A DNA stretch of 60,438 nucleotides, filler included, from Nemertoderma westbladi (GCA_032718475.1; 3 parts of 3 records of this genome joined end to end with filler, not necessarily neighbours in it), one strand, 5' to 3'; shown: positions 25,895 to 38,506, counted from the whole stretch's first letter. A program made the numbers and translations. The notes: generated from the sequence alone by a model not told the origin.

Positions 25895-26780
25895 CCGTCA
25901 AATTTTGAAAAATACTAAATTCTGAAAATGCCCCAAGTTTTGAGTTCAACGCATTTTTATAGGTTTTCTGGACCGCTGAATCGATTGAAAGTAATATAGG
26001 GAATCCTGAACACTTCGTGGTTCGTCATTTTTGGTGCACCAAAATTAGGGTGTGGCACTTATTCTAATTTTGAACAAGTACCACGCCCAAATTTAGGTGT
26101 ACCAATAATGACGTAAAGACTTAAGGCTTCAATAATACTTTCAATCTATTCAGCGGGCCAGATAACCTATAAAAATGGACTGAAAGGAAAACCTTGTGGT
26201 ATTTTCTGAATATCGTAATTTTGAAACGTTGAAGTAAGCCTACTTGCCATGCCATAATTTTGGTGCACCAAAAATGATATACCACTAAGAATTGAGGGTT
26301 CTGTATTACTCTCAGACGATTCAGCGGGTCAGAAAACCCATAAAAATGCGTTGAAATCTAAACTCTAGAGAAATTAACGAATATTGCAATTTTGAAAATT
26401 TAAAGTGCGGCGCTCGGATTTTGGTGCACCAAAACTGACGTACCACTACACCTACATACATATATTGAGTTGTAGAGGGCTCCATACGAATCAGAATCTA
26501 TAAAAAAAGCCCCAACATAAAGAATTACGAACTCAGAATTGAAATTGTAAAATTCGAAAATTTAAAAAAATTTCTTGTGTGGACCAAATTTTGAGGTGGC
26601 ACGCACATCGACAAGTTGAAATCTAATTGCAACGCCGTTTTTTGCAAATTACATTTTAAATACCATTTTAACGCTCCATTAAATTTGACTAAATCTCGTA
26701 AAAAAATTGGGCTGGTACATAATGTGGTTACAAAGAAACAGCAATAGATCCCCCCCCCCCCCCCGTGGTAATAGGGTTAA
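25895..26780. repeat. Foldback/subrepeat-rich DNA-transposon-like remnant
   Basis: ~160-bp unit containing TTTGGTGCACCAAAA, in inverted (centre about 26068) and then direct copies. Right end TAATAGGGTTAA resembles a piggyBac-type terminus; no matching left end found. Confidence 0.45.
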
Positions 26781-27352
26781 CCATTATTCTTTGTTATTTT
26801 CAAACAGGGTTACTGAAAACGGACACAAAATGGACACAAAAGAAAAGTATCATGGGCAGGGCATACACCAAAATTCCTCATTAACAAATTAGATTATATA
26901 AAGCGACATAGCAAATGTGAGATACAACTTTGAAGCAAATGTGAGAGACACATCTTTTTACTCCAATCGATTAAAACAGAAACCAAATTGGATGAAACTT
27001 GAAAATAATTGAAGTTATTTGGTTGATTTAAATAAAATTGAATTAAATTGAAAAGTTACATTTTTACTTCAACTAATATACGATTCATTAAATAGTTCTG
27101 ATATTTGGTTGCTCAAAAAATACAGTTAGGCCTATATACTTTATGTTGAAAAGAATACAAATACATGGGCTCATGGGAAGGATTCTGGATAAAGGGTAAA
27201 ATTGTGATTAAATATTCCTTTCAGTCTATAGAACAATCCCTACACCTATAATAATGTTATAACGTTTTTGAATATGATATAACCTAATAATATTATATTG
27301 AATAATATTATACTTTAATGTCATGTTAATGAATTTATTTCATATTCGAAAT

Positions 27353-28045
27353 CTAGAACAATCCGCAAATTTTGCATATAACCACGGCTAGTTGAACCAT
27401 TGACGGTACGATGTTTTCGGAAACACTGGTAGCTGTGGTTACGGTACTTGTTTCATCATCAGTAGCTGCAGCTTCGGATGTTGTACGAACGGTAAAGGTG
27501 TCGGCCTCGTCCCAGACGAAAGCTGGGCAGTCCCAAGTGCTGTTACAACAAGCAAGCTGACAAATCTCCTTTGTTGTTGTTAATTCTAAATTGAGATAAT
27601 TTCTGACTTTGGTGAAAGTATCTCCTTTTCCTTCCATCACTCTATTTGCCAGCTCAGGATTGCTAAATATTGCCTCGCATGGAGCACCTGAGGGCAACTT
27701 AACACAGGAGGAATGCTCAGTGTTGTTCATCTTGCAACCGTATCCAATCCATTCAAACATGCCGTTGTATTTGACATCGTCCACCAAGGAGTATCCGAAG
27801 AATCTCATCGCGAGAACCCCGCATTCATTGCAACCATCTACGATGATGGGTGTTGTGTCTCCCCAGTTGACCGATATTAAGCGATCCATATTGGATTGGT
27901 ACTTTTGTTGGAACTCTTTCTTTTCACTTGCAAAATTGTATATGTGACCAATTTTACACGAGGTGCTAAATACAATTGCGCAGCGTATTGCTATACAAAC
28001 ACCTTGTATGAGTCTGAACTCATAAAACCAAACTGATCTTCGCAT
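27353..28045 (-). CDS. Putative host single-exon Cys-rich secreted/GPI-anchored protein (Ly6/uPAR- or quiver-like), about 230 aa
   Basis: Intact ORF from MRRSVW with hydrophobic N-terminus, multiple Cys ending CQLACCNSTWDC, T/S-rich stalk and hydrophobic C-terminus. AATAAA at 27339-27334 just after the stop. Confidence 0.6.
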   Translation of the reverse strand: MRRSVWFYEFRLIQGVCIAIRCAIVFSTSCKIGHIYNFASEKKEFQQKYQSNMDRLISVNWGDTTPIIVDGCNECGVLAMRFFGYSLVDDVKYNGMFEWIGYGCKMNNTEHSSCVKLPSGAPCEAIFSNPELANRVMEGKGDTFTKVRNYLNLELTTTKEICQLACCNSTWDCPAFVWDEADTFTVRTTSEAAATDDETSTVTTATSVSENIVPSMVQLAVVICKICGLF

Positions 28046-28937
28046 GATAATTGCGCTGCGCTCATCAAAGTTGCAATATGAGTGCTTTCTTTGATTTAAA
28101 TCGTATTGCAATGTATGCGAATAGGTTACTAACAAAAACAGTTATACAGTTAATATTCTTAAATGGAATGAGGAATGAGGATAAGGATGATGAATGAGGT
28201 AGAACATCATTAACTACATCATAAAATCTTTGACTCTTTTGCGGAATTAATTTTCAATTGAAATAGTATTTTCGACGACAAATCCTGTCAAAATCTACTA
28301 CCGCCAAATACAATACTACAGTATTTGTAAATATTCTAAGTATTATGTATTACTGTAAGTATTTATTTGTAAAAATATCTAAACGAAACGAAACGTTTCA
28401 TTAGAGGGCTTAATAATTCATAAATTGTTCAATTTCTGAATTTTAAGTTTGAATATATATTATCTATATTTTAGTCAGCTAGTCGCAATGAGGGGGGGGG
28501 GGGGGGGGTTATATTCACATAAGTACCGTATGTGTGTTTATATTATCGCCTAAATAGAAAGAGATTAAAATCTCTAATAAATAAACCGCGCAATTTGGGA
28601 GAAATATATGTTTTCACTTTAAACCAAATACATGCCATATTTATAATACAGTAGAAGGAAGCATTGTCTCAATTGAAAATCATTAATATCAATGACTAAA
28701 TAATTCATTTGTGAAAACATTAACATGAATCTAACATGGATACAGTAGACATAATTAAAGCATACACACACAGTTCTGTGAACTGCAGTTACGACAAGTC
28801 TATGATGAGTTGATGGTGTTGTAAAGTATATAATAAGTTTGGTAGCTACATTGTCATCAGTACAACTTCCACCAACTTGAGAAGAATATCTTAGCGGCAA
28901 AAATCAATAGTACCATAATACTATCCAACTTCCCTAC

Positions 28938-29037
28938 NNNNNNNNNNNNNNNNNNNNNNNNNNNNNNNNNNNNNNNNNNNNTTAATTAATTAANNNNNNN
29001 NNNNNNNNNNNNNNNNNNNNNNNNNNNNNNNNNNNNN
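28938..29037. other. Assembly gap (N-run with TTAATTAATTAA linker)
   Basis: 100-bp N block with a six-frame-stop linker. Confidence 0.98.
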
Positions 29038-29059
29038 AAAAGGAACACGGACTGACTCA

Positions 29060-29792
29060 TGTAGGGTCTATCAAATAACATTAGATTCACTCCAAACCAC
29101 TTTAACATAAGTCACAATCGTTATTGGTAACCTTTCTCTCTTACCTTCGGTATATCAAGAATATTGGGTGTTGGGGTTATTTCTCGTTATTCCAATATAA
29201 TAATTCATCAACAAATATAATGAATAACCGACAACAAATAGCAGTATGCAGTATTCACAGATCAATCGTGCCAGTTTGTTTTGATATTTACAGAGTTTAA
29301 AGCCAGGTTGTTTGATGCGTAATTGCAGCCAGGTCAGTCCGCTAAAGGATATATGTCCTTGTAATTAAACCTACTAGTGTTGAGCTAAAAAGCATAAAAC
29401 ATAAAACACTACAAAGCCGTTCTTTCGTGGCTTTGAAAAACTCGTGACTACTGCTCTATACGAGGATACCAACTCCCTTATTCCACGAAGCTCCCGTTCA
29501 ACACAGAGAAAGAGCAGTGAGATAGGAAATTTTCAGTTCAGTACTCTGTGATAGGTCAACATCAAGGATAACTCAAATTCTATTGGGAGATACAAAACAA
29601 GGCTATGACGCAACCTCCCTAGGCTTGTTGGCCGATTAAACAGAGCCCAGATGCCTGCGTACAGCAAATCAGCCAATAAGCTGGTAACTTGCACTATTTT
29701 TAGCTGTAGATCACTTTGAGAGTATTCTTAGCGACTGGGGGGGAACTGGCCAACAAGGCAAACGAATCAGTTATCCCACAAAAGCTTTTACA
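29060..29792 (-). repeat. Family C 3' LTR (diverged relative of 6710-7431)
   Basis: Minus strand reads AAGAAGGGAAG(G)n PPT, TGTAAAAGCTTTTG...ATAGACCCTACA. No TSD (flanks ACTCA / CCCCC). Confidence 0.78.
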
Positions 29793-29863
29793 CCCCCCCC
29801 CCCCCCCCCCCCCCCTTCCCTTCTTTTATAGCCTGACTTTTATAATAATGTATAGTTAAGTGA

Positions 29864-31322
29864 TTATGTTACTGCTTTTCTTTCATATTGTGTTATGTAG
29901 TAATTTTCCAATAGTGATAAAAAATTATTATTGAGTGCAAATTTACGAATGTTATTAGGTAAATTGTTCCATGATTTTATGCATGTGACAATAAAAGAGT
30001 TGTGACCAAATCTGTTTGTTGTTTTTGGAACTTTTATTTTTTTAGTTCGTGGATTTATTTGCCTATTAGATAGTGATATTTGATTGATGAACGGGAGTTT
30101 TAATGATTTAAATGCTGGGATAATGTTGAACATGTATTTATAGAAATATTGTATTGCGTGGTATTCTTTCAGTGCGTTAAGGTGCGGGATCCTAGCTAAT
30201 TGTCTTAGTTCTGTTCCTGAAGTTTCTCGTATTTTTTTGTTATAGATTAGCCTAAGTGCGTAATTTTGAATCTTATCCATTTTGTACAGTAGTTCCTTAT
30301 ATCCGTGAGTATTATTATATGTCGCTGTTAGATACTACAGTAGTTATGGTACGGCATGACTAGAGCTTTGTATAACATTAATTTTGTAGAGATTGGCAAT
30401 TGTCCTTTTATTTGGCGTATTGTGGATGTGGCCGCTGCCATTTTAGATGTAGTAGTTTTTATTTGGCCCTTCCATGATAATCTGTTATCTATGATGATGC
30501 CTAAATATTTAATTGTGGTTGATTGTTTAATTATGTCATTATTAAGCACAAGATGTAGATTATTTAATTCGTCTGTTCTCTTTAATGGGGATATAACAAG
30601 AAGTTCTGTTTTATTTGAGTTTAATTTCATACCTAGTGTTGCGAATAGCTGGCTAATATATGTGATTTGATTGTTTAGTTGTTTTACTGCAGTATGTGCA
30701 TTTGGGTGCGAGCAATATATAAGAGTGTCATCGGCATATTGGATTGTTTCCAAATTTATTTGATTTGCAAAGTCATTGACATATATTAAAAACAATAATG
30801 GTCCAAGTTTGGTGCCCTGTGGTATACCCCTATTGCAAATTTTCCAGTCTGAGAACATTTTGCTTAATTTTACAGCTTGCGGGCGGTCGAGAAGATAACT
30901 TTTAATAAGTGCAACAGCATTCGATTGGAATCCAATTTCTGTTAATTTATCTAGGAGAATGTCGTGCTGGAGGGAGTTGAAAGCTTTAGAGAGATCTAGT
31001 ACTCCAATAGCAATATATTTTTTTTCGTTAAGTTCGCGTTTCCAAGACTCGGTTGCAAATAAAACGGCGTCTGCTGTAGAATACCCTTTTCTGAAACCAA
31101 ATTGCTTACTTTGTAGTATTTTATTGTTGTGTAGATATTTTGTAATTTGGTGATATATGACTGAATCAATTATTTTTTCGAATGTTGATGTGACAGAAAT
31201 AGGTCTATAATTAGATGGTTCATCTCGAGACCCTTTTTTGAATACAGGAGTAATAAAGGTTGATTTTAGCCGAGAAGGAAAAGTGCTTGACGTTAGGCAT
31301 AAGTTTGTGATGTAGTTAGCAG
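29864..31322 (-). mobile_element. 5'-truncated CR1/L2-group LINE ORF2 (RT and C-terminal domain), frameshifted
   Basis: KKGSRDEPSNYRPIS, QFGFRKG, LDLSKAF, PQGTKLGPLLFLIYVND, QYADD, KYLG, WNNLP. Confidence 0.88.
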
Positions 31323-32962
31323 TTAGACAGTTAGAGCCCAGCATGGACTCCCGTAGAGGAGTACTGGAACTACTGCTGCTCTAAATAATCGGACCTTAAG
31401 TTTCCGATTAATTCTAGGTGACTTCCAAATCCTGGAAAGCCTATTCAAGGCTGCCCATGCCTTTCCCTTACGTATTCGAAGGTCCTCGCCTGACTTCCGG
31501 ATCCATGATCCCAGGTAACAGAAGTCGCCCACATGCTCAAGCATACCATCCTTTGAGCTTATGCTCATCCGATCAGAGACTTGCTGAGGACTTTCAAAGT
31601 TAACTGTCAGAATTTTGGTCTTTCTGGTGTTAATAAAAAGACCAACACTAGAAGCAGCATGTTCTAATGAGCTGAGGAGCCGTTGGGCTCCCTCTAATGA
31701 TTCTGAGAGTACTCCTAAGTCATCAGCAAAGTCTAGATTAGTTAGGTACTTGGCAGGATTTCCTCGACTTCTGGAGCCAGTAGGTGGAGTTATCATCACC
31801 CCATCATCATTATGATGATCTAAGGACATGCGTAGAACATAGTCAACCACAATAATGAACAAGAATGGTACAAGTGTGTCTCCTTGGAGGACGCCCCATA
31901 ACACTTCAAATGGTTCTGTGTCACCGTCAACAGTAGACACAACTGTTGTCGAACCATCGTATACTGATCTGATTGCTGCAATAATTTCATCAGGAATCCC
32001 ATATAATGAAAGTATGCTGAACATACGTGAGCGAGAGACTGAATCAAAGGCCTTGAAGAAGTCAACAAAGATAACAGCCAGATGCCTGTCTTTCTTTTTT
32101 GATAACTCTTCAATTATCCTTCTAAGTGCCAAAATGGGCTCCATGGTCCCACGACCTTTACGGAACCCATTCTGATTTCCACGTAGCAGTCTCTCAATGG
32201 GATCCCTGATGCGATTTAATAGAATTCTATTGTATAGTTTTGCAGCAATCGAGATCAATGAGATTCCCCGAAAAGAACCATAGAGTGTTAGGTTGCCCTT
32301 CTTGGGAACTGGCACCAACTTATTTGTTTTCATTTCTTGTGGGACTCTTGTTGTACGGTACATGTCTACTATGATGGGATAGATGAGCTTTAAACACTCA
32401 GGTATTTTAAAGACCTCAGGGGGAACACCATCTACTCCACTGGCACGATTGGTCTTAATGCTCTTTGCAGCAGCCTTCACTTCTGCAAAGGAGATATTGC
32501 CAATGGGAATATCTGGGAGTACAGACTCAGACACCTTTACTTCTATAAAGTTATCAGGCAATACCCTGTCATTATTGAGGAGCTTTTCAAAGTGGGCTTT
32601 CCAACCATTGAGGCGATCGGCTGGTGATTCAGCCTTAACCTTGGTGGTTGGTTGGCTTTTTCGCCCAGTAAGCAGATTGATCGATTTCCATGCCTGGGAT
32701 GATTGCCTGCTGTCGTCAGCATCATTTATGGCATCAACCTGTTGGTTTATTAGCTCCTGTAGATTAACAGAGTACTGCCTGTTCAGGGACCTAGATGCAG
32801 CCTTAACTGCATTCTTGGCCGCTGTAGTCTGTTGGAGTCGGGACTCTTTCTGCGCCTTATGAAGGTCATTTCGGCACTTCTGAATTTTGTTGTCAGTCCA
32901 GGGGGCCCTTTTCCTGTTTCGAAGGTATACAGGAACTGTTTCTGCAGCTGCTAAATTAACTG
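31323..32962 (-). mobile_element. RTE-clade LINE RT fragment, truncated at both ends
   Basis: PKKGNL...FRGISL, NQNGFRKGR, FVDFFKAFDSV, GVLQGDTLVPFLF, DFADD, DFCYLGS, VLLYGS. Confidence 0.9.
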
Positions 32963-33629
32963 CGGTATGGAGATGGAGAGGAGCGGACGGTGAGATGTCC
33001 GGAGGACAAACCGGAGGAGTGTCCAGTGGAGTGTCAGGAGGACAATAGTCCGGAGGAGTGTCCGGAGGAGTGTTCAGAGGAGTGTCCGGAAGAGATGCCG
33101 GTCCGGTTGAGAGGCATACCGACAAAGGGGAGGTCGAGTAAGAAGACAAGATGGAAAGGGAGAGGATGTGAGAGGATTAGACCAGGGGCAGAGAAGCCCA
33201 TGAGTAAACATAATAAAGCAGTCAGGAAAGTAGGAGGCGTGTTGCATACGCACGTGGGACTGACAGAGTGCGAGGGGGCATTATACCGCCAAACGACAAG
33301 TTGAAGGGTGGCACTTTGCCGCCAAGGGACGACCACGAGGAGATCAGAGACATAGGGAGTAGGCAGCACTTTCCAAATTTAAGGACAGGAGAAAAGGGAA
33401 GGTCAATTCCAAGAGAGTTGGAATTGACAAGGAGAGTGGAGCGGAGAATCAGAGGTCCTATTAGAGGGAGCACCATAGACGAGTAGAGTTTAGTCATCCA
33501 AGTTTTGACTGAGGGGGGTGGGATTGAGGGCGAGACGCCCTTCTCACACATAAAATAAAATATAAAAAAAATAATAAATAAAGAAAGAGTAAGTAGGCAG
33601 ATGGAAGTTAGTAAGTGTTAGGCAGATAG

Positions 33630-34205
33630 TAGGAGTTAGTAGTTAGAAGGTACGTAGTACCGCTAGTTAGTTAGTAAGAGTTAGTAGTTAGAAGTTATGT
33701 AGTACCGCTAGTTAGTTAGTAAGAGTTAGTAGTTAGAAGGTACTTAGTACCGCTAGTTAGTTAGTAAGAGTTAGTAGTTAGAAGGTACGTAGTACCGCTA
33801 GTTAGTTAGTAAGAGTTAGTAGTTAGAAGGTACGTAGTACTGCTAGTTAGTTAGTAAGAGTTAGTAGTTAGAAGGTACATAGTACCGCTAGTTAGTTAGT
33901 TGGAGAGAGTTAGAGTTAGTACGAGGGTACGTAGTACCGGTTAGTTAGCTGGAGAGAGTTAGAGTTAGTAAGAGGGTACGTAGTACAGGTTAGTTAGTTA
34001 GAGAAAGTTAGAGTTAGTAAGAGGGTACGTAGTACCGGTTAGTTAGTTGGAGAGAGTTAGAGTTAGTAAGAGGGTACGTAAGTACCGGTTAGTTAGTTAG
34101 TGGAGTTAGAGTTAGTAAGAGGGTACGTAGTACCGGTTGGTAGAAGTTAGTTAGAAGTTAGTAAGAGGGTACGTAGTACCGGATAGTAAGAGTTAGTGGT
34201 AGAAG
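33630..34205 (+). repeat. 45-47-bp GTTAG-rich minisatellite inside the family B element
   Basis: Unit GTTAGTTAGTAAGAGTTAGTAGTTAGAAGGTACGTAGTACCGCTA with period 45, followed by slightly longer variants. Confidence 0.9.
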
Positions 34206-34675
34206 GGTATGTATAATATAAATATTAGTTAGTAGTGAGTAGCGAGAGGGGGGCATATGAGTACAGCTGGATAAATCGTGTAGGCCACGCGACGCATACT
34301 GCTGTACTGCACAAGCCCACAGAGTAGGCCAGAATGTGGATTATGAAGTAGAGTAATCCATTGGCAATAGTAAGTAATAGCACAGTAGTAGGATTGAATT
34401 AAATTAAAATAAATGAGAAATTAGAAAATCAACAAATTATGGTAACAGTAGAAAGTAAATTCTGGAACATAATTAAAGTAACGGACAGAATTGTAATTTA
34501 GGGCACAATTTGACAGTTTCAGAAACAAAGTAGTAAAATTTAGGCTATAACTCAAGAGTAAGTAGGAAATAGGCCATTGTCGAACTGTACAGACCATCTT
34601 AACCTTATCACTCATCTGTACTGCTGCGCCTTGGCAAGGCACCACCTTACAGGTGAGCGAGTGAGAGAGTTCAGA

Positions 34676-37237
34676 ATGGCGGGGAAACTGATCAGGAAGA
34701 GAAAGGCGGAGTCAGGAGGAAAGGAGATACTACTCATCAAGAGGCATCCGGAAGAGAAGACGAGGGGATACTATGAGCGGTTAGAGAGAGGTCACGCAGC
34801 GCAAGCGCTACAGGACCATTTCAGGGAGGTGCACGAACAGCGGCTGGTTGGGACCTACGGGACGCCGTCGCTGGACAACGCGATCTTCGAGCATTTCCAC
34901 TACGTCGTGAAAGGAGATGAGGCGAAGTTCGGGATTCCGAAGTACGCGAGAGAGCCACCGAGGAAAGATTGGAAGAGGTTCGTAGAGTCCGTCAGCAGAG
35001 AAGGGTACATGGTCCTAGACGATGAGGCGACCGTGGAAGACGATGAGGGTTCGAGGAGAGGATCGGCGGGGTCGGCCAGAACCATACTCCTACATTTGGC
35101 CGTGCCAAATGGAGATATATTCCTATTCGATCTAGGAACGTATGGAAAGAAGGACGGGCCGAAGTTGAACCGGTTGCCGAAGGCGGTGCAAACCTTAGTG
35201 AGAGAGAAGTCAACGACGAAAGTGGGATTGGCGATTAGCGACGACGCGGAGAGAATCATCGGTCCGGACACCCCCAACCTTCTGGATATGCAGACGGTCT
35301 ATATGGCTATGACAGCACCAGACAGGTTGAGACTAGTGGAGAACACAGGACATTGCGGGGCGGTGGCAATGGGCCAGCTAATGGGGCTCGTGTGTCTCAA
35401 ACCGATGGACTGGAGTAAGTTCAGAGGGGAGTACGGAGCGGACTTGGCGAACTCGCTGAAGTGGGGAGCGAGGCCAGGGAGACAAGAGGTGTATCAATTC
35501 CGGAGAGGAGCGATAAATGTATATCAGAAGCGATATATCCTACAGGAGGACTGAATAATGATGGGTTTGCTTAACCTATTCATGACCGTGGTTATCGAGA
35601 GGGAACCAACGGCATTCCTATTATCGGGATCACCCCTAAGCTACAGAAGAGCCTTTAAGACGGCTTTCGAGGGTCTGGTAGACCACCCGGGGCTGAAGGG
35701 CGAGTCGGTATACTATAACATCCGACATCTGGTAGACAGGGAGGTGGATACGCCGTATCAGAGGTGGGAGCAGTTAGAGACGGATAGACGAGAGAAGAAG
35801 CGATTGGAAGAAATCGCTAGACAGGAGAGGAGAGAAGCAGAGGAAAGGGAGGAGGAAGCTAGGGCACAGAGCTACGGCTTCAAGGAACAGGCGGCCTTAG
35901 ACGAACTTCGTTGGACCTCATCAGGGAGTTCGGGGGAGTCTCTAGGATGAGAATTAGGATGGACGGTGGGATCACCGAAACAGTCGACGTCGGGATTGCA
36001 GACGACGCCCATACCAGCAGGCGCCGAGGGCGATCGGCCGCTAAGGAGGCTAGGGGAGCTAGAAGGATGGAAAGTTATGGGCGAGAGCCAAGGCGGGAAG
36101 GGACACAGTGGGTCCACCGGGATACCGGGGTTGGAGCCGCTGCCAGAGGAGGACGAGGATGACGGCGAGTTCGGAGAGATGCCGCCCATCGGGAGGATCG
36201 GCCACTCGGACACGGACTGGGTTGGCGGGAGAGTGGTGACGGCCAGCGGGGTGAGGGCCTTCTGGGATAGACCCGGCAAGCGGGCCTGGGTGCATGAGGA
36301 GCCGGTGATGGATTTCGCGGGGAGCACTATCAGGTTGGGCGAGCAACCGGGGACGGCACCACGGATAGTATTCGGGGAGACGATGCCTGGGAGGGGCGAG
36401 GAGATCGACGTAGACAGGGACGCTAACGTCCGGAAGTTCGCTTACCAGCGACTCCACAGACCGCAGAGATCGCTTGGGATGAAAGACGACGTGGGGCGGG
36501 AGACATTGGTGCTCGGCTGTGACTACTGTGGGAGACAGACCCACCAGGAAAGGAGCTGTTTGTACCGGTTCCAGAATGGGACTAGTTGTCTCTACTGCCG
36601 CAAGTCGAGCCACAGGATGGGGGCGTGTCCACGGTTGCACAACCAATGTTCGAAGTGTAACTTTCGGGGACAATACGGACGCCAGTGCGACTGGAGGGAC
36701 GACGAAGAGAAGTTTAGGGTCTTCGAGGAGTGGGCTGACGTCGGAGCCATGACTCGGCAACGCATGAAGGCCCAGGAGTTCCGGTGGGGCTTCTTTAACA
36801 TCAATCAGGAGGCCCACATGGAGATTATCAAACGGAGGCTTCCGTTTACCTACCAGGAAGTGGCGACGGCGGCGTCGTATGCCGGAGTGATAAATACGCA
36901 GAGGTATTTGGACAGGTGGATGCCACAGAACAGAGGAGAGTTCAGGGATTTCTTGGCGGAGCATGTGCCGCGGGCGATGAAAATGATCCTATGGGACGCC
37001 ACCAGGGGGAGACATCAGGGCCATTCGGAGGGGCCACCCGCGAAGCGATACCGGGAGCTAATAACACCAGCACCCAAGGAGACGACGACTGGGATTAGTA
37101 AAGAGGTGACGGCGAGGGTCAGGAGCCTGAAAGCAGACAAGACCAAAGGAGCGGCAGTGACCAGGAAACGACCAAGGGAGGAGGATGATAGAGGGAAAGA
37201 GTTGAGGTGGTTCCCAAAGGCAGGTGGAACGGACTAA
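34676..37237 (+). pseudogene. Family B accessory ORF: DEDDy exonuclease-like domain, 3 CCHC zinc knuckles and WGF tail; interrupted by stops
   Basis: GYMVLDDEA, LHLAVPNGDIFLFD, LPKAVQTLVREKSTTKVGLAISDD, LLDMQ, QKRYILQED; CDYCGRQTHQERSC, CLYCRKSSHRMGAC, CSKCNFRGQYGRQC; FEEWADVG...WGFF. Confidence 0.8.
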
Positions 37238-37934
37238 GACACCCATGTGATATGCCTGGAAGGCACCACGCGAGACGTGCGAACTCCTAAGTACGAATTC
37301 AAGTTATTTAAATAATTGAAAAGTGCAATTAGTATGTACGTGCGTAGTAATCATTATTAGTTTAGCAAGTAAATACAATCAAAGTAAGTACTATAGTCGT
37401 ATAACCTTTTCTCAATTAGCTACTGGGACTGGGGACCAATAGACTATAATACTACCACGGACGAGACACTCGACGACATCACACTTCTTGAGTGCGACGG
37501 TACGGGAGGGGGTGAAACTCGTCGGGAGTGAGTGGGAGAGATAGGGGTTGAGTTGTAGTGTGGATAGACTGCGGGTGCAATTCAAGTGTGGGGGGGGGGG
37601 GGGAGGAATAAGAGGCTGAGTGAGGGACAGGGAAGTCCGGGAGTTAGAGCGGGAGTGAGGAGAAGTAGAGGAGAGTCAGGGTGAGAACAGAGTGGAGTTG
37701 GAGTGGCGAAAGTGCTGGGGAAACAAAAGTCGTGTGAGAGGAGCGCACGATCGGCCCGACACGGGACGCCAGGTAAACAGGGTAGCGATATCATACCCAT
37801 AGGGGGCGGTCTGGAAAGCCGGCTCCGAGGAAAATAGTTCCACCCCACACTCGATACTAGGTCGAGATCCAGCGGAATTGTCGCGCACTAGAGGTGGATG
37901 CTATCTTCTCACCGGGAAGATAGCATGGGGGGAG

Positions 37935-38506
37935 TGTTAGCGTATTCAATTCCGCTAGCCAGGCCCACACAGAGTTGGTTTTAAGCAATATTGGGAGCAC
38001 GAGGTTGGTTACCAATCAACCTCGTGTCACCCCAATAGGCGGGGACAATAGGCCCCAAGGGAACACACACAGCGGGGGTCAGAGGTTACACCTCCGGGAG
38101 GGAGAGAGAGACAGCAGCGGGGGGAAGTACTCCCAGGGAGATGGGAGTGTGACAAGTGAGTTATTAGCCAATGGGGGGGAGGCATCGGCTGAGTAGTGTA
38201 ATGCGGCCAACCGGTGCAATATATTACCAGTAACCGTGTTATTCATTCACTCATTAGCTAGCCAGTTCAGTTAGGGTAGGACGGCAACTTTTATTACCAT
38301 TCAGCCGTTTATTCATTCATGTTGTCTGTATACTGCAATTACTAACTGCATTCGCTATAACTGTGCTTATACTTTATACCATTTTATATTATATACATAC
38401 CGAGCGATTAACAACAGGAAATCTAATAAACTCTTTTCACACGGCGGGACGCGTAAATAAATCTAACCACCGGATAAACCGGGATCCTCTATCTGATCCC
38501 GTCACA
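37935..38506 (+). repeat. Family B 3' LTR
   Basis: TGTTAGCG...GATCCCGTCACA with AATAAA near 38425; homologous to 41291-41861 and 48074-48680. Confidence 0.88.

Larger units (their letters stand above)
32963..38506 (+). mobile_element. LTR family B, 3' part (PEEC-repeat region, tandem spacer, exonuclease/zinc-knuckle ORF, PPT, 3' LTR)
   Basis: 32963-33560 is homologous to the reverse complement of 42740-43352. PPT GGGGGGAG precedes the LTR at 37935. Confidence 0.85.

Noticed and set aside
25271-25925. 147-aa and 93-aa ORFs
   Set aside because: No recognisable motifs or supporting gene signals.
28982-28993. TTAATTAATTAA inside both N-runs
   Set aside because: Scaffolding linker, not biology.
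31323-33149. 608-aa ORF as a novel Pro-rich RT fusion
   Set aside because: The N-terminal ~60 aa are the antisense of family B PEEC repeats, joined by chance to a truncated RTE fragment.
33630-34205. Regular repeats resembling a CRISPR array or TTAGG telomere
   Set aside because: No unique spacers, no cas genes, eukaryotic TE context; units are GTTAG variants inside an LTR element.
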